A DNA stretch of 64,000 bases, taken from a virus. The stretch lies in the IMG/VR virus record IMGVR_UViG_3300032073_000003, positions 32,001-96,000 of that record; one strand, written 5' to 3'. The notes under the pieces were generated by a model, which did not search any database, was not told the DNA's origin, and was given only the letters and a program-made list of their open reading frames with translations. A program made the translations under genes and the position numbers. This document shows positions 48,554 through 56,546 of this stretch, piece by piece. The first letter of the stretch is position 1. The number at the start of each line of letters is the position of its first letter.

Positions 48554-49651
48554 ATGACAAAAAATGAAGTTCAATTAAAAGCCCTTAAAGCAACAGACAA
48601 TAAACAAAGATGTGGAATAGTATTAGGTACTGGTGTAGGTAAGACATTAATTGGTCTTAAACATATAGAAAAAAATACTACTAGTCTTATGAAAGTATTA
48701 GTAGTAGCACCAAAAAGAAGTATATTTAATTCTTGGATAGATGATGCCGGTAAATTTAAAATGAAAAATTTATTAAAACGAATTACATTTTGTACTTACT
48801 TAAGCATTAATAAACAAAACCCTGATGATTATAATGCTGTTTATTTAGATGAATGTCATAGTTTATTAAATAATCATAGAGGATTTCTTCAATTATATAA
48901 AGGTAAAATTTTAGGTTTAACAGGTACACCACCCAAGCGAGAATATTCTGAGAAAGGTAAATTAGTTAATGAATTTTGCCCAATAGTATTTACTTTTAAA
49001 GCAGATGATGCTATTGAAAACAATATTCTTAATGATTATCAAATAATAGTACATCAAATATCTTTATCTAATGATAAAAATTATTTTGTTAAAATGAAAA
49101 ACAAAAATCCTTGGAAAACAAGTGAATATTTAAATTACAATTATTGGTCTGGAAGAATTGATCAAGGTTCTGGTAATATGCGTATGCTTAGAGTTATGAG
49201 AATGAAAGCAATGATGGAATATCCAAGTAAAGAAAAATATACAAAAATCTTACTTAATAATATTCCAACAAAATGTATAGTATTTGCTAATACTCAAGAT
49301 CAATCAGATAGATTATGTAAACATAGTTATCATAGTAATAATCCTAATTCAGAAGATAATTTAAATGCATTTAAAGAAGGAAATATAAATAAATTATCTT
49401 GTGTTTTACAATTAAGTGAAGGTATTAATATTCCTAACTTAAGACAAGGTATTATTATGCATTCTTATGGTAATGAAAGAAAAGCAAGTCAAAGAATTGG
49501 TAGACTTTTAAGATTAAATCCAGATGATAAAGCTATTGTGCATGTACTTTGTTATATGAACTCAATAGATGAAAAATGGGTTAAAGATTCTTTAGAAGGA
49601 TTTGACCAATCTAAAATTTTATGGAAAGATTATAAGGTAGGCTTGAGCTAA
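48554..49651 (+). CDS. Superfamily 2 helicase
   Basis: Walker A 'GTGVGKT', 'DECH', 'LTGT', 'EGINIPNL', 'QRIGRLLR'. Confidence 0.9.
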   Translation: MTKNEVQLKALKATDNKQRCGIVLGTGVGKTLIGLKHIEKNTTSLMKVLVVAPKRSIFNSWIDDAGKFKMKNLLKRITFCTYLSINKQNPDDYNAVYLDECHSLLNNHRGFLQLYKGKILGLTGTPPKREYSEKGKLVNEFCPIVFTFKADDAIENNILNDYQIIVHQISLSNDKNYFVKMKNKNPWKTSEYLNYNYWSGRIDQGSGNMRMLRVMRMKAMMEYPSKEKYTKILLNNIPTKCIVFANTQDQSDRLCKHSYHSNNPNSEDNLNAFKEGNINKLSCVLQLSEGINIPNLRQGIIMHSYGNERKASQRIGRLLRLNPDDKAIVHVLCYMNSIDEKWVKDSLEGFDQSKILWKDYKVGLS

Positions 49652-49680
49652 CCTTATAATTTTTTATTATATTATAGTAT

Positions 49681-49935
49681 ATGATTAATGATAAAACACA
49701 TAAATTAGTTTTAATTGATGATAAAACACATGATTATGGATATGTTATAGCGTCTTTGATGAAATATTGTGAACATAATATTTTACAAGCTGAACAATGT
49801 ACACTTATAACAGATAATGTAGGAAGATGTACTGTCAAAGAAGGTACTTTTTTAGACATGATGGAAATTAAAACATCTTTAGAAGAATTAGAGTTAATAA
49901 CAGAAATTGAAAATTATGAAAGTTATATGCACTAA
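49681..49935 (+). CDS. clpS: ClpS-like Clp protease adaptor
   Basis: 'LVL.DD.TH....V..SL..YC.H..LQAEQC......GRC.VK.G' matches the Bacteroidota-type ClpS core. Confidence 0.75.
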   Translation: MINDKTHKLVLIDDKTHDYGYVIASLMKYCEHNILQAEQCTLITDNVGRCTVKEGTFLDMMEIKTSLEELELITEIENYESYMH

Positions 49936-50230
49936 TTCAGAAGGTAAACCTAGTAATATTTCATTTGATGAATGGATACAAGAAGGTGAAGTTTATACAG
50001 TTACTGCAATTGATAGAATGGGACTTCAATTTGGTAAATTAGGTTTTAAATTAGAAGAAATAAAACTTACAGATAATTCATTCCCTTATGAATATTATGA
50101 TGCTGAAAGATTTAGACTTATAGAAAACACAGGAACGTTAGAAACAATAAAAGAAATGTTTGACTCTTTAACTGAATTAGAAGAGGAATTAAATTTTAGT
50201 GAAGAAGACGCAGATTTAAGTAAAATATGA
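49907..50230 (+). CDS. Hypothetical protein
   Basis: 107 aa; 'EGEVYTV..I' and 'YDAERF'. Confidence 0.65.
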   Translation: MKIMKVICTNSEGKPSNISFDEWIQEGEVYTVTAIDRMGLQFGKLGFKLEEIKLTDNSFPYEYYDAERFRLIENTGTLETIKEMFDSLTELEEELNFSEEDADLSKI

Positions 50231-50535
50231 AAGACTACACTCAAGAAGAAGTGCTTAAGTCTTTATTGAACATCAAAAAAAAATCCAGAAAAAGAGAATT
50301 AGTAGATAAAAGAAGCTATCTAATAAGTATTCTTGCTTTTAAATTTAACCTAACAGAATATGAAATAGCTGATCTTACTGGATTTAATAGAAATACTGTT
50401 CATTATAATAAAAATTTACCAGTTAGATTACATAAAGATTTTCAATATATGGAAAATGTTTATTCACTTGCGCAAAAATATCCATTTGATCACAGTGAAA
50501 TTGTAATAAAGGAATATAATTATTATAAAATATAA
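50227..50535 (+). CDS. HTH protein resembling DnaA domain IV
   Basis: 'RELVDKR.Y...L.....LT..EIA...G.NRNTVHY' pattern. Confidence 0.55.
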   Translation: MKDYTQEEVLKSLLNIKKKSRKRELVDKRSYLISILAFKFNLTEYEIADLTGFNRNTVHYNKNLPVRLHKDFQYMENVYSLAQKYPFDHSEIVIKEYNYYKI

Positions 50536-50539
50536 AGAT

Positions 50540-50782
50540 ATGGGACACATGAAAGAAATGTATATTAATATATGCAATGCAAATAATGGAGAAATACCAT
50601 ACGATTTAACAATATCTGATATAGCTTTAATGAAAGATTTAGAAGTTTATGAATGGTATAGTTACTGTAAATACAAAAAAGAAATAGGAAATATAAAAGT
50701 ATATATAGATAAACAAGAAATCTATGATATAGAAGATTTTACTACTACAAGATGGAAACATCAAAAAAAATACAAAAAATAA
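50540..50782 (+). CDS. Hypothetical protein
   Basis: 80 aa. Confidence 0.55.
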   Translation: MGHMKEMYINICNANNGEIPYDLTISDIALMKDLEVYEWYSYCKYKKEIGNIKVYIDKQEIYDIEDFTTTRWKHQKKYKK

Positions 50783-51201
50783 TAATGGTACAATTTAAAA
50801 ATGTAAAATTAAAAAAACTTGTACATAATATATGTGAAGAACATTATAATATTTGTAATATTACCGACACTAATTTAGGTTATTTATGGTATATGTATTA
50901 CAACGGAAAGTATAAAGGTTATTTTAAACCTTTTATATTTTTAGCTGAAATTAATTTATTAGTAAAATTAAATTATCTTACAAAAGATGAAAAATCAAAT
51001 ATTATTCAACTTATGGTTAGTACAGATAATGATAATATGATTATAGCTGGTTTTAGTGTAGAAACGTTAAGAGATCAAAGAATTAAAGATTTAGGTGAGT
51101 ATACTCAAGATAATGATTTATATAAACATATAAATTATAGTAATGATGTTATTAAGCCTGAAGATTTTTTAACTACTCTTGCTCAAGATGTAAAAATGTA
51201 A
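50752..51201 (+). CDS. Hypothetical protein
   Basis: 149 aa; true start may be downstream. Confidence 0.6.
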   Translation: METSKKIQKIIMVQFKNVKLKKLVHNICEEHYNICNITDTNLGYLWYMYYNGKYKGYFKPFIFLAEINLLVKLNYLTKDEKSNIIQLMVSTDNDNMIIAGFSVETLRDQRIKDLGEYTQDNDLYKHINYSNDVIKPEDFLTTLAQDVKM

Positions 51202-51204
51202 ATT

Positions 51205-51450
51205 ATGAAAAATAATACAATTTCAAAATTAGAAAATCATTTAAATGATCAAATTAAAAGATTTTCAAAATTTCCTGATGAATATACTGCAGGACGTATA
51301 GATGCTTTAATAAGAACTAAATTATTTCTTAATGAATTATTAGAATCAAATTATGATTTTTTAGATGAATTAGTGAAATTACATTCTAATGATCAAATTT
51401 TAGGTAAAAAAATTAGAAAATTAATAAATGAAAAAAATAAAAATTCTTAA
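51205..51450 (+). CDS. Hypothetical protein
   Basis: 81 aa. Confidence 0.6.
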   Translation: MKNNTISKLENHLNDQIKRFSKFPDEYTAGRIDALIRTKLFLNELLESNYDFLDELVKLHSNDQILGKKIRKLINEKNKNS

Positions 51451-51796
51451 AATATTATTAATACTATTACCAATAATTGGTATTAGTCAAACTAAACAAG
51501 AAGTATATGATTACTTAATAGAGATTAATTGTAAACATCCTAAAATAGTAACAGCTCAAGCTATACTAGAAACAGGACATTTTAAATCTTATAGTTGTAA
51601 AAAAAGACATAATTTATTTGGATTAAGGTATAATCATAAGTATCTTATTTTTGATAACTGGAAAGAAAGTTGTGATGCTTATTTATCTAAAATACAATAC
51701 AAATATAAAGAAGGTGACTATTATATTTTTCTAAATGAATTAGGATATGCTACTGATCCTGATTATATTAATAAAATTAAAAATATAAAATTATGA
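51428..51796 (+). CDS. Glucosaminidase/FlgJ-like peptidoglycan hydrolase with N-terminal signal
   Basis: 'AQAILETG', 'NLFG', 'GYATDP.Y' GH73 motifs and a hydrophobic N-terminus. Confidence 0.8.
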   Translation: MKKIKILKILLILLPIIGISQTKQEVYDYLIEINCKHPKIVTAQAILETGHFKSYSCKKRHNLFGLRYNHKYLIFDNWKESCDAYLSKIQYKYKEGDYYIFLNELGYATDPDYINKIKNIKL

Positions 51797-52653
51797 AAGT
51801 AAAATCTGTAGTAAGAAAGAGTATGAAAATTAGAGAGTCTGGAAGAAGTTCTGATTATATCACACCTTCTTTTGGCTATGGTTGTTTATTTAATTGTTCA
51901 TATTGTTATATGAAAAGACATTTGCCTAAAGGATTAACAGTAGCTAATAATCCAGGAGACATATTAACTAAAATAAACAATCATGTTTATTTCTTAGCAG
52001 ATGTAAAAAAACCTAATCAAACTCATAGTAAATATGTTACATATGATATAAGTTGTAATGAAGACTTTGCGCTTCATTCTAAACATCATAATTGGAAATA
52101 CATATTTGAGTTTTTTAAAGATCACCCAAAAGCATTAGGTACTTTTGCAACTAAAACTATTCCTATAAAATTTTTAGAATTTGACCCAAAAAAGAAAATA
52201 AGAATAAGATTTAGTCTTATGCCTCAGAACATAGCTGATAAGCTAGAACCAAACACTGCTAAAATCATAGATAGAATAAAAGCTGTTGATGCTTTTATAG
52301 AAGCAGGTTATGATGTTCATTTAAATTTTTCACCAGTTGTAGTTTATGATAAGTGGTTAGAAGATTATGATTTACTGTTTAGGATGTGTAACGATTATAT
52401 AGAAAATAAAGAAGAAGTTTTATCTGAAGTTATATTTTTAACACATAATGCAAACAAACATCAGTATAATTTAGATAATAATTTAGATGGTGAAGACTTA
52501 TTGTGGACACCAGAGAATCAAGAAAATAAAACATCTCAGTACGGTGGAGTAAACATAAGGTATAAACATAATCTTAAAAGACAGTACATAAAAGAATGGT
52601 ATGCACTGCATACTAAAATTATACCTTGGAACACAATCAGATATATATTTTAA
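51793..52653 (+). CDS. splB: Spore photoproduct lyase-like radical SAM enzyme
   Basis: CxxxCxxC as 'GCLFNCSYCY', 'ISCNED' (SplB SCTSD-like), 'RIRFSL', 'LEP.T....DRI.A......AGY.V...FSPV'. Confidence 0.8.
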   Translation: MKVKSVVRKSMKIRESGRSSDYITPSFGYGCLFNCSYCYMKRHLPKGLTVANNPGDILTKINNHVYFLADVKKPNQTHSKYVTYDISCNEDFALHSKHHNWKYIFEFFKDHPKALGTFATKTIPIKFLEFDPKKKIRIRFSLMPQNIADKLEPNTAKIIDRIKAVDAFIEAGYDVHLNFSPVVVYDKWLEDYDLLFRMCNDYIENKEEVLSEVIFLTHNANKHQYNLDNNLDGEDLLWTPENQENKTSQYGGVNIRYKHNLKRQYIKEWYALHTKIIPWNTIRYIF

Positions 52654-52655
52654 AA

Positions 52656-53063
52656 ATGAATACACAAGACTTTCAACTAATATCAACACATCCTATTAAG
52701 AAGTCTGACTTAGGATTTCATGGAAACTTATTTGGAGGAAAACTATTAGCCTGGTTAGATGCAGCTGGAGCAGCATTTGCTTCTCAGGTATGTGATAGTC
52801 CAAGAATGGTAACTATAAAAATAGATGAATGTCTATTTAAAAGAGTATCTAAAGAAGGTCAGCTTCTAAAGATATACGGTAAGGTTCATGCGTTTGGAAA
52901 TACATCAGTAACCCTGCTATTAGAATGTAGAGCTCACAATGTATATACAGGAAAGCAAACATCAGTGCTAACAACTAATATAAAGTTTGTTAGAATAGAT
53001 GAGAACGGTGATGCTATACCAATATCTGATAGAGTTAAGAATAAATTAAACCAAAACAAATAG
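52656..53063 (+). CDS. Acyl-CoA thioesterase (hotdog fold, YciA-like)
   Basis: 'DLGFHGNLFGGKLL.W.D...', 'GNTSV', 'FVRIDENG.A.P'. Start set at ATG 52656. Confidence 0.85.
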   Translation: MNTQDFQLISTHPIKKSDLGFHGNLFGGKLLAWLDAAGAAFASQVCDSPRMVTIKIDECLFKRVSKEGQLLKIYGKVHAFGNTSVTLLLECRAHNVYTGKQTSVLTTNIKFVRIDENGDAIPISDRVKNKLNQNK

Positions 53064-53065
53064 TT

Positions 53066-53257
53066 ATGCCAGATATAAGTATGTGCAAAAACGATAAATG
53101 CAAGTTCAAAGAAGACTGCTTTAGATTCACAGCAATACCAAGTGAATTTATGCAGGTTTATGGAGAGTTTGACTGCAAGGATAAGGATGGAATAGACACA
53201 TTCTTTTGGAGGAATGGTATACCAAGTGTTAACCCTAAAAATAAAGAAGATGAATAA
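53066..53257 (+). CDS. Small Cys-containing protein
   Basis: 63 aa, 'MPDISMC....C.....CFRF.A.P...Q.Y'. Confidence 0.7.
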   Translation: MPDISMCKNDKCKFKEDCFRFTAIPSEFMQVYGEFDCKDKDGIDTFFWRNGIPSVNPKNKEDE

Positions 53258-53402
53258 CCCATTTAGAAAAAATGAATTAGAACAAATGTTAGAGTTCATT
53301 AAAGAGAATCCCCACGTATTGAATCCAATAGGTGCAGAAGGTAAGATTACATCAAGTCCATTAGTGCAATACATATTAGAAAGATTGCATGGATTAGACT
53401 AA
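53250..53402 (+). CDS. Hypothetical protein
   Basis: Start moved to ATG 53250 within the degenerate junction repeat. Confidence 0.55.
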   Translation: MNNPFRKNELEQMLEFIKENPHVLNPIGAEGKITSSPLVQYILERLHGLD

Positions 53403-53409
53403 AGCAAAT

Positions 53410-53658
53410 ATGACTGAACAAGAATTAATATCACTAGGCTTTAAAAAGAACACAGAAGAAGATCTTGATGGATCATTTTACTACTACACGCTAGACATAG
53501 TAGAAGGACTATATTGTATTACAGATGCAAGTGATGAGGTTGAGAATGATGAATGGACTGTAGAGTTAAGCTTTGATTGTATCCCAAGAATAAAGTTCAG
53601 GGATGTTAAGTCACTGACTGAGCTAATTAATTTATTAAACCAAAACAAAGATGAGTAA
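53410..53658 (+). CDS. Hypothetical protein (paralog of 54896..55165)
   Basis: 82 aa ending LNQNKDE. Confidence 0.7.
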   Translation: MTEQELISLGFKKNTEEDLDGSFYYYTLDIVEGLYCITDASDEVENDEWTVELSFDCIPRIKFRDVKSLTELINLLNQNKDE

Positions 53659-53791
53659 GGAAAAACTTGTTGGTATGATATGTAAAGAGAGGTTGCAAAC
53701 TCTTGAGGAAAATCCACCCCGTTGCCCGTACAGTAAGGGAATAAAGAAAGTCCTCACACCTTATTCATTTATTAAAACAAAACAAAGATGA
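53651..53791 (+). CDS. Small hypothetical protein, 46 aa (possibly frameshifted cassette)
   Basis: Starts at the repeat ATG (MSK...) but enters the next repeat out of the QNKDE frame. Confidence 0.4.
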   Translation: MSKEKLVGMICKERLQTLEENPPRCPYSKGIKKVLTPYSFIKTKQR

Positions 53792-53979
53792 GTAAAGCAT
53801 ATGAAAACTCATACAATTTATTAATGGGAGAAACAACCTATGAAGAATTATCTAAAGATGGTATGTTTTTGTTACCAAAGAATCATGAAGACCCTAGAGT
53901 TACAATGCAGTATTTTGAGGAAATAGAAGATTATGATAAATGTATAAAGATTAGAGATAAACAAAACAAAGATGAGTAA
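53788..53979 (+). CDS. Hypothetical protein
   Basis: 63 aa, MSK... to ...KQNKDE. Confidence 0.7.
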   Translation: MSKAYENSYNLLMGETTYEELSKDGMFLLPKNHEDPRVTMQYFEEIEDYDKCIKIRDKQNKDE

Positions 53980-54154
53980 GATTTCACTATTAGAGTTCTA
54001 TACTAAATACTTTAAAGTAAATGGCAAAGAACCTACTATAACAGATAAGGATGAATGGTTACTTGAAAATTTAGAGAGTGGCAATATACAAAGAGTATGG
54101 ACTCGTAAATATGGGTGGCAATACAAACAATTAAACCAAAACAAAGATGATTAA
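53972..54154 (+). CDS. Hypothetical protein
   Basis: 60 aa, MSK... to ...LNQNKDD. Confidence 0.7.
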   Translation: MSKISLLEFYTKYFKVNGKEPTITDKDEWLLENLESGNIQRVWTRKYGWQYKQLNQNKDD

Positions 54155-54467
54155 TAGCGGTAGAGAATGGGACTGGATGTATGATTTAATTAAAAATGAA
54201 AAAGAAATGGCAAAAGATACAAGAAATGAAATAAAAGTAAAGCATCCTGAATATGGACATGTTATATTTCACGGTGCAACAGCAAGACAAATAGAAGTAT
54301 TAGAAAATCTTAGTGATAATTGTACATTAACAGAAGATGTTTTAGCACAAAATAAAATGTTAGGAGATATGGTTAGAGATCAAGATAAAATAATACAAAA
54401 ATTAATAGAAGAAATAAAAGAACTAAAAAAGAATGGAGAAAATCCTTATATTGATTATTTAACCTAA
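54147..54467 (+). CDS. Hypothetical coiled-coil protein
   Basis: 106 aa, starts in the last repeat copy. Confidence 0.65.
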   Translation: MINSGREWDWMYDLIKNEKEMAKDTRNEIKVKHPEYGHVIFHGATARQIEVLENLSDNCTLTEDVLAQNKMLGDMVRDQDKIIQKLIEEIKELKKNGENPYIDYLT

Positions 54468-54480
54468 TAAAGTTAAAATA

Positions 54481-54651
54481 ATGGAAAAAGATTTAGAAAG
54501 TTATAAAAAAATAGATTTTTCAAAAGAATATATGTATAAAAATAAAAAAATATACATTACTCATGAAACTAAAGATTATATATTATGCTCATTTAGTGAT
54601 GATAAAAAATCTATCTTTAAATTAAATAAAACTGAATTTAGTTTTAAATAA
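54481..54651 (+). CDS. Small hypothetical protein, 56 aa
   Basis: Hand-translated MEKDLESYKK...TEFSFK*. Confidence 0.5.
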   Translation: MEKDLESYKKIDFSKEYMYKNKKIYITHETKDYILCSFSDDKKSIFKLNKTEFSFK

Positions 54652-54657
54652 AACAAA

Positions 54658-54801
54658 ATGAAAATGAGTAGAGAAAAAAGTTATAAAAATAAAGTTAAAA
54701 ATGCTTCTAAAATTGTTAAAGTAAACGATGATTTTGAAAAAGCTATTGAAAAACTTTGTAAAAAATGGAATGTAAAAAAGACAAAAAATGGGATCAAGTA
54801 G
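54658..54801 (+). CDS. Small basic protein, 47 aa
   Basis: Hand-translated MKMSREKSYK...KTKNGIK*. Confidence 0.45.
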   Translation: MKMSREKSYKNKVKNASKIVKVNDDFEKAIEKLCKKWNVKKTKNGIK

Positions 54802-54892
54802 AAAATCTAGAAAAGCATATAACTTAGCATGTATAAGCTTATTATTACATGTTATTACAATATTATATTTAATATTAAAAGCAAATGTATAA
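54788..54892 (+). CDS. Small membrane peptide, 34 aa
   Basis: MGSSRKSRKAYNLACISLLLHVITILYLILKANV*: basic N-terminus plus TM helix. Confidence 0.4.
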   Translation: MGSSRKSRKAYNLACISLLLHVITILYLILKANV

Positions 54893-54895
54893 GCT

Positions 54896-55165
54896 ATGAC
54901 AGAGAAAGAATTAATAAAATTGAAATTTAAAAAAATAATTATTACTAATGAAGAAAGTAATAATGGATATGATTTTTATTTTTATCAAAAACAATATTGT
55001 AATGATCTTACTTTATATAGTACAGATAGTCTTGAAGTAGAAGATAATATTTGGAAAATTTCTACATGGGAGATTCCTGCAATAAATATAATAACAAAAA
55101 AAGATTATAATGCTTTTATTAAAATTTTAGATATTATAATTTGTGATAATATAAATATTGAATAA
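54896..55165 (+). CDS. Hypothetical protein (paralog of 53410..53658)
   Basis: 89 aa. Confidence 0.65.
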   Translation: MTEKELIKLKFKKIIITNEESNNGYDFYFYQKQYCNDLTLYSTDSLEVEDNIWKISTWEIPAINIITKKDYNAFIKILDIIICDNINIE

Positions 55166-55518
55166 TGTTTAGTGGAAAATTTATTAAAAAAGATGGTAAA
55201 TTAATTTACGATAGTCCTAAAGATAAAATATCTTACGATATATTTATTAATAAAATACCCGAAGGACAAAAAGTTGAAATGTATATAGATCTTACAGATG
55301 TAGATAAAAGTAAAGCTCAATTAGCAAAAGTACATGCATGTATTAGAGAATTAGCAAAAGAATCTGGTAATACATTTGACGATATGAAAAATATAATTAA
55401 AGATGAATCTGGACTTAAAGATAAATCTTTTGCTGATTGCAGTAAAACAGAATTAATGCTTGCTATTGAAGCTTGTATTGATATAGGAAGAAATCATTTT
55501 AATATGAATCTTAATTAG
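55165..55518 (+). CDS. Hypothetical protein (NinB-like?)
   Basis: 117 aa; 'KSKAQLAKVHACIRELA..SG...DDMK..IK' resembles NinB/Orf-type proteins. Confidence 0.5.
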   Translation: MFSGKFIKKDGKLIYDSPKDKISYDIFINKIPEGQKVEMYIDLTDVDKSKAQLAKVHACIRELAKESGNTFDDMKNIIKDESGLKDKSFADCSKTELMLAIEACIDIGRNHFNMNLN

Positions 55519-55828
55519 ATTTAGGTTCTTCATAACCTTTATCACCTGGTTCAAGAATTTCTTTTTCTATATATAAATTCTTATCAGTAGCTTGTTTCTC
55601 TATTTCAGCAAGTATAAGTATTACAGTATAAAATGCTCGTTGTGTATCATCAAGATTTTCATATTTATCATTCATGATTTTCTTGAAATACTCATCACTA
55701 TTTTTCATTTCATTAATATCCATACTATTAAGAATAGTAAAAGATGCAGCTTTAGCCATTAAATAAAAACTTTTATTTACTTTAATATCTATTAAAGCAT
55801 CGTCTTTTAACTCTTTTACTTTTATCAT
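55511..55828 (-). CDS. Hypothetical protein, lone inverted gene
   Basis: 105 aa. Fills an otherwise empty gap in the plus-strand arm. Confidence 0.7.
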   Translation of the reverse strand: MIKVKELKDDALIDIKVNKSFYLMAKAASFTILNSMDINEMKNSDEYFKKIMNDKYENLDDTQRAFYTVILILAEIEKQATDKNLYIEKEILEPGDKGYEEPKSN

Positions 55829-55859
55829 AAAATATAATTTTTACAAAAATAAGAAAAAA

Positions 55860-56546
55860 ATGAACTTAGAAGAAATTAAACTTAAATTATTTGAAAAATT
55901 AAAACCCAGCGGATGGGATAGAGTGTTTAAATCTTTTATATTTAGTTCAGATTTTGATAAGATATTAACTGATCTTTGGAATCTAACTACAATAGATAAA
56001 AGATTTACACCACCTATAAAAGATATATTTAAAGCTTTTGAAGAATGTCCTTATGACAAACTTAAAGTAGTAATCATAAGTCCAGAACCATATCCTCAAT
56101 TAGGTATTGCAGATGGTATAGCTTTTAGTTCTTCTAAAACTAATAATTTACCAACTGCGTTGCAATATATGTTTAAAGAATTAAACAGAACTCAATGGGA
56201 TAGTTTTGATCCAGATCTTAAAAGATGGTCTAATCAAGGAATTTTAATGCTTAATACAGCTTTAACAGTTCAAGTAAGTAAAAAAAATACTCATTATGAA
56301 ATTTGGAAACCATTTACCGCATATTTATTAGATTGGTTAAATAATTTTAATACTGGATTAGTTTACGTATATGTAGGTAAAAAAGTTGAAGATTGGTCTG
56401 AAGTTACTAATGATAACAATCATAAACTTTTTGTTAAACATCCTACGTCTGCTGCATATAATGGTGGAGAATGGGATTGTAACAATATATTTCAAAAAAT
56501 ATCTACTTTAACACAAGAAATTAATGGTGAATTTATAAAATGGTAA
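55860..56546 (+). CDS. ung: Family-1 uracil-DNA glycosylase homolog with altered catalytic loop
   Basis: 'IFKAF..CPY..LKVVII', 'A.GIAFS', 'W..QGILMLNTALTV', 'HP'. The GQDPY motif reads SPEPY. Confidence 0.85.
   Translation: MNLEEIKLKLFEKLKPSGWDRVFKSFIFSSDFDKILTDLWNLTTIDKRFTPPIKDIFKAFEECPYDKLKVVIISPEPYPQLGIADGIAFSSSKTNNLPTALQYMFKELNRTQWDSFDPDLKRWSNQGILMLNTALTVQVSKKNTHYEIWKPFTAYLLDWLNNFNTGLVYVYVGKKVEDWSEVTNDNNHKLFVKHPTSAAYNGGEWDCNNIFQKISTLTQEINGEFIKW

Larger units (their letters stand above)
53046..54154 (+). repeat. Dispersed ~24-bp gene-junction repeat AAAC(C/A)AAAACAAAGATGA(G/T)TAA
   Basis: Copies at 53635, 53772, 53957, 54131; partial copies at 53046 and ~53237. Confidence 0.85.

Noticed and set aside
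52934-53374. 146-aa minus-strand ORF
   Set aside because: Overlaps three plausible plus-strand genes, including a clear thioesterase.
53635-54154. CRISPR array interpretation of the junction repeats
   Set aside because: Spacers are 110-160 nt, unequal and protein-coding. The repeat is not palindromic and no cas operon is present; the PD-(D/E)XK gene is a standard phage nuclease.
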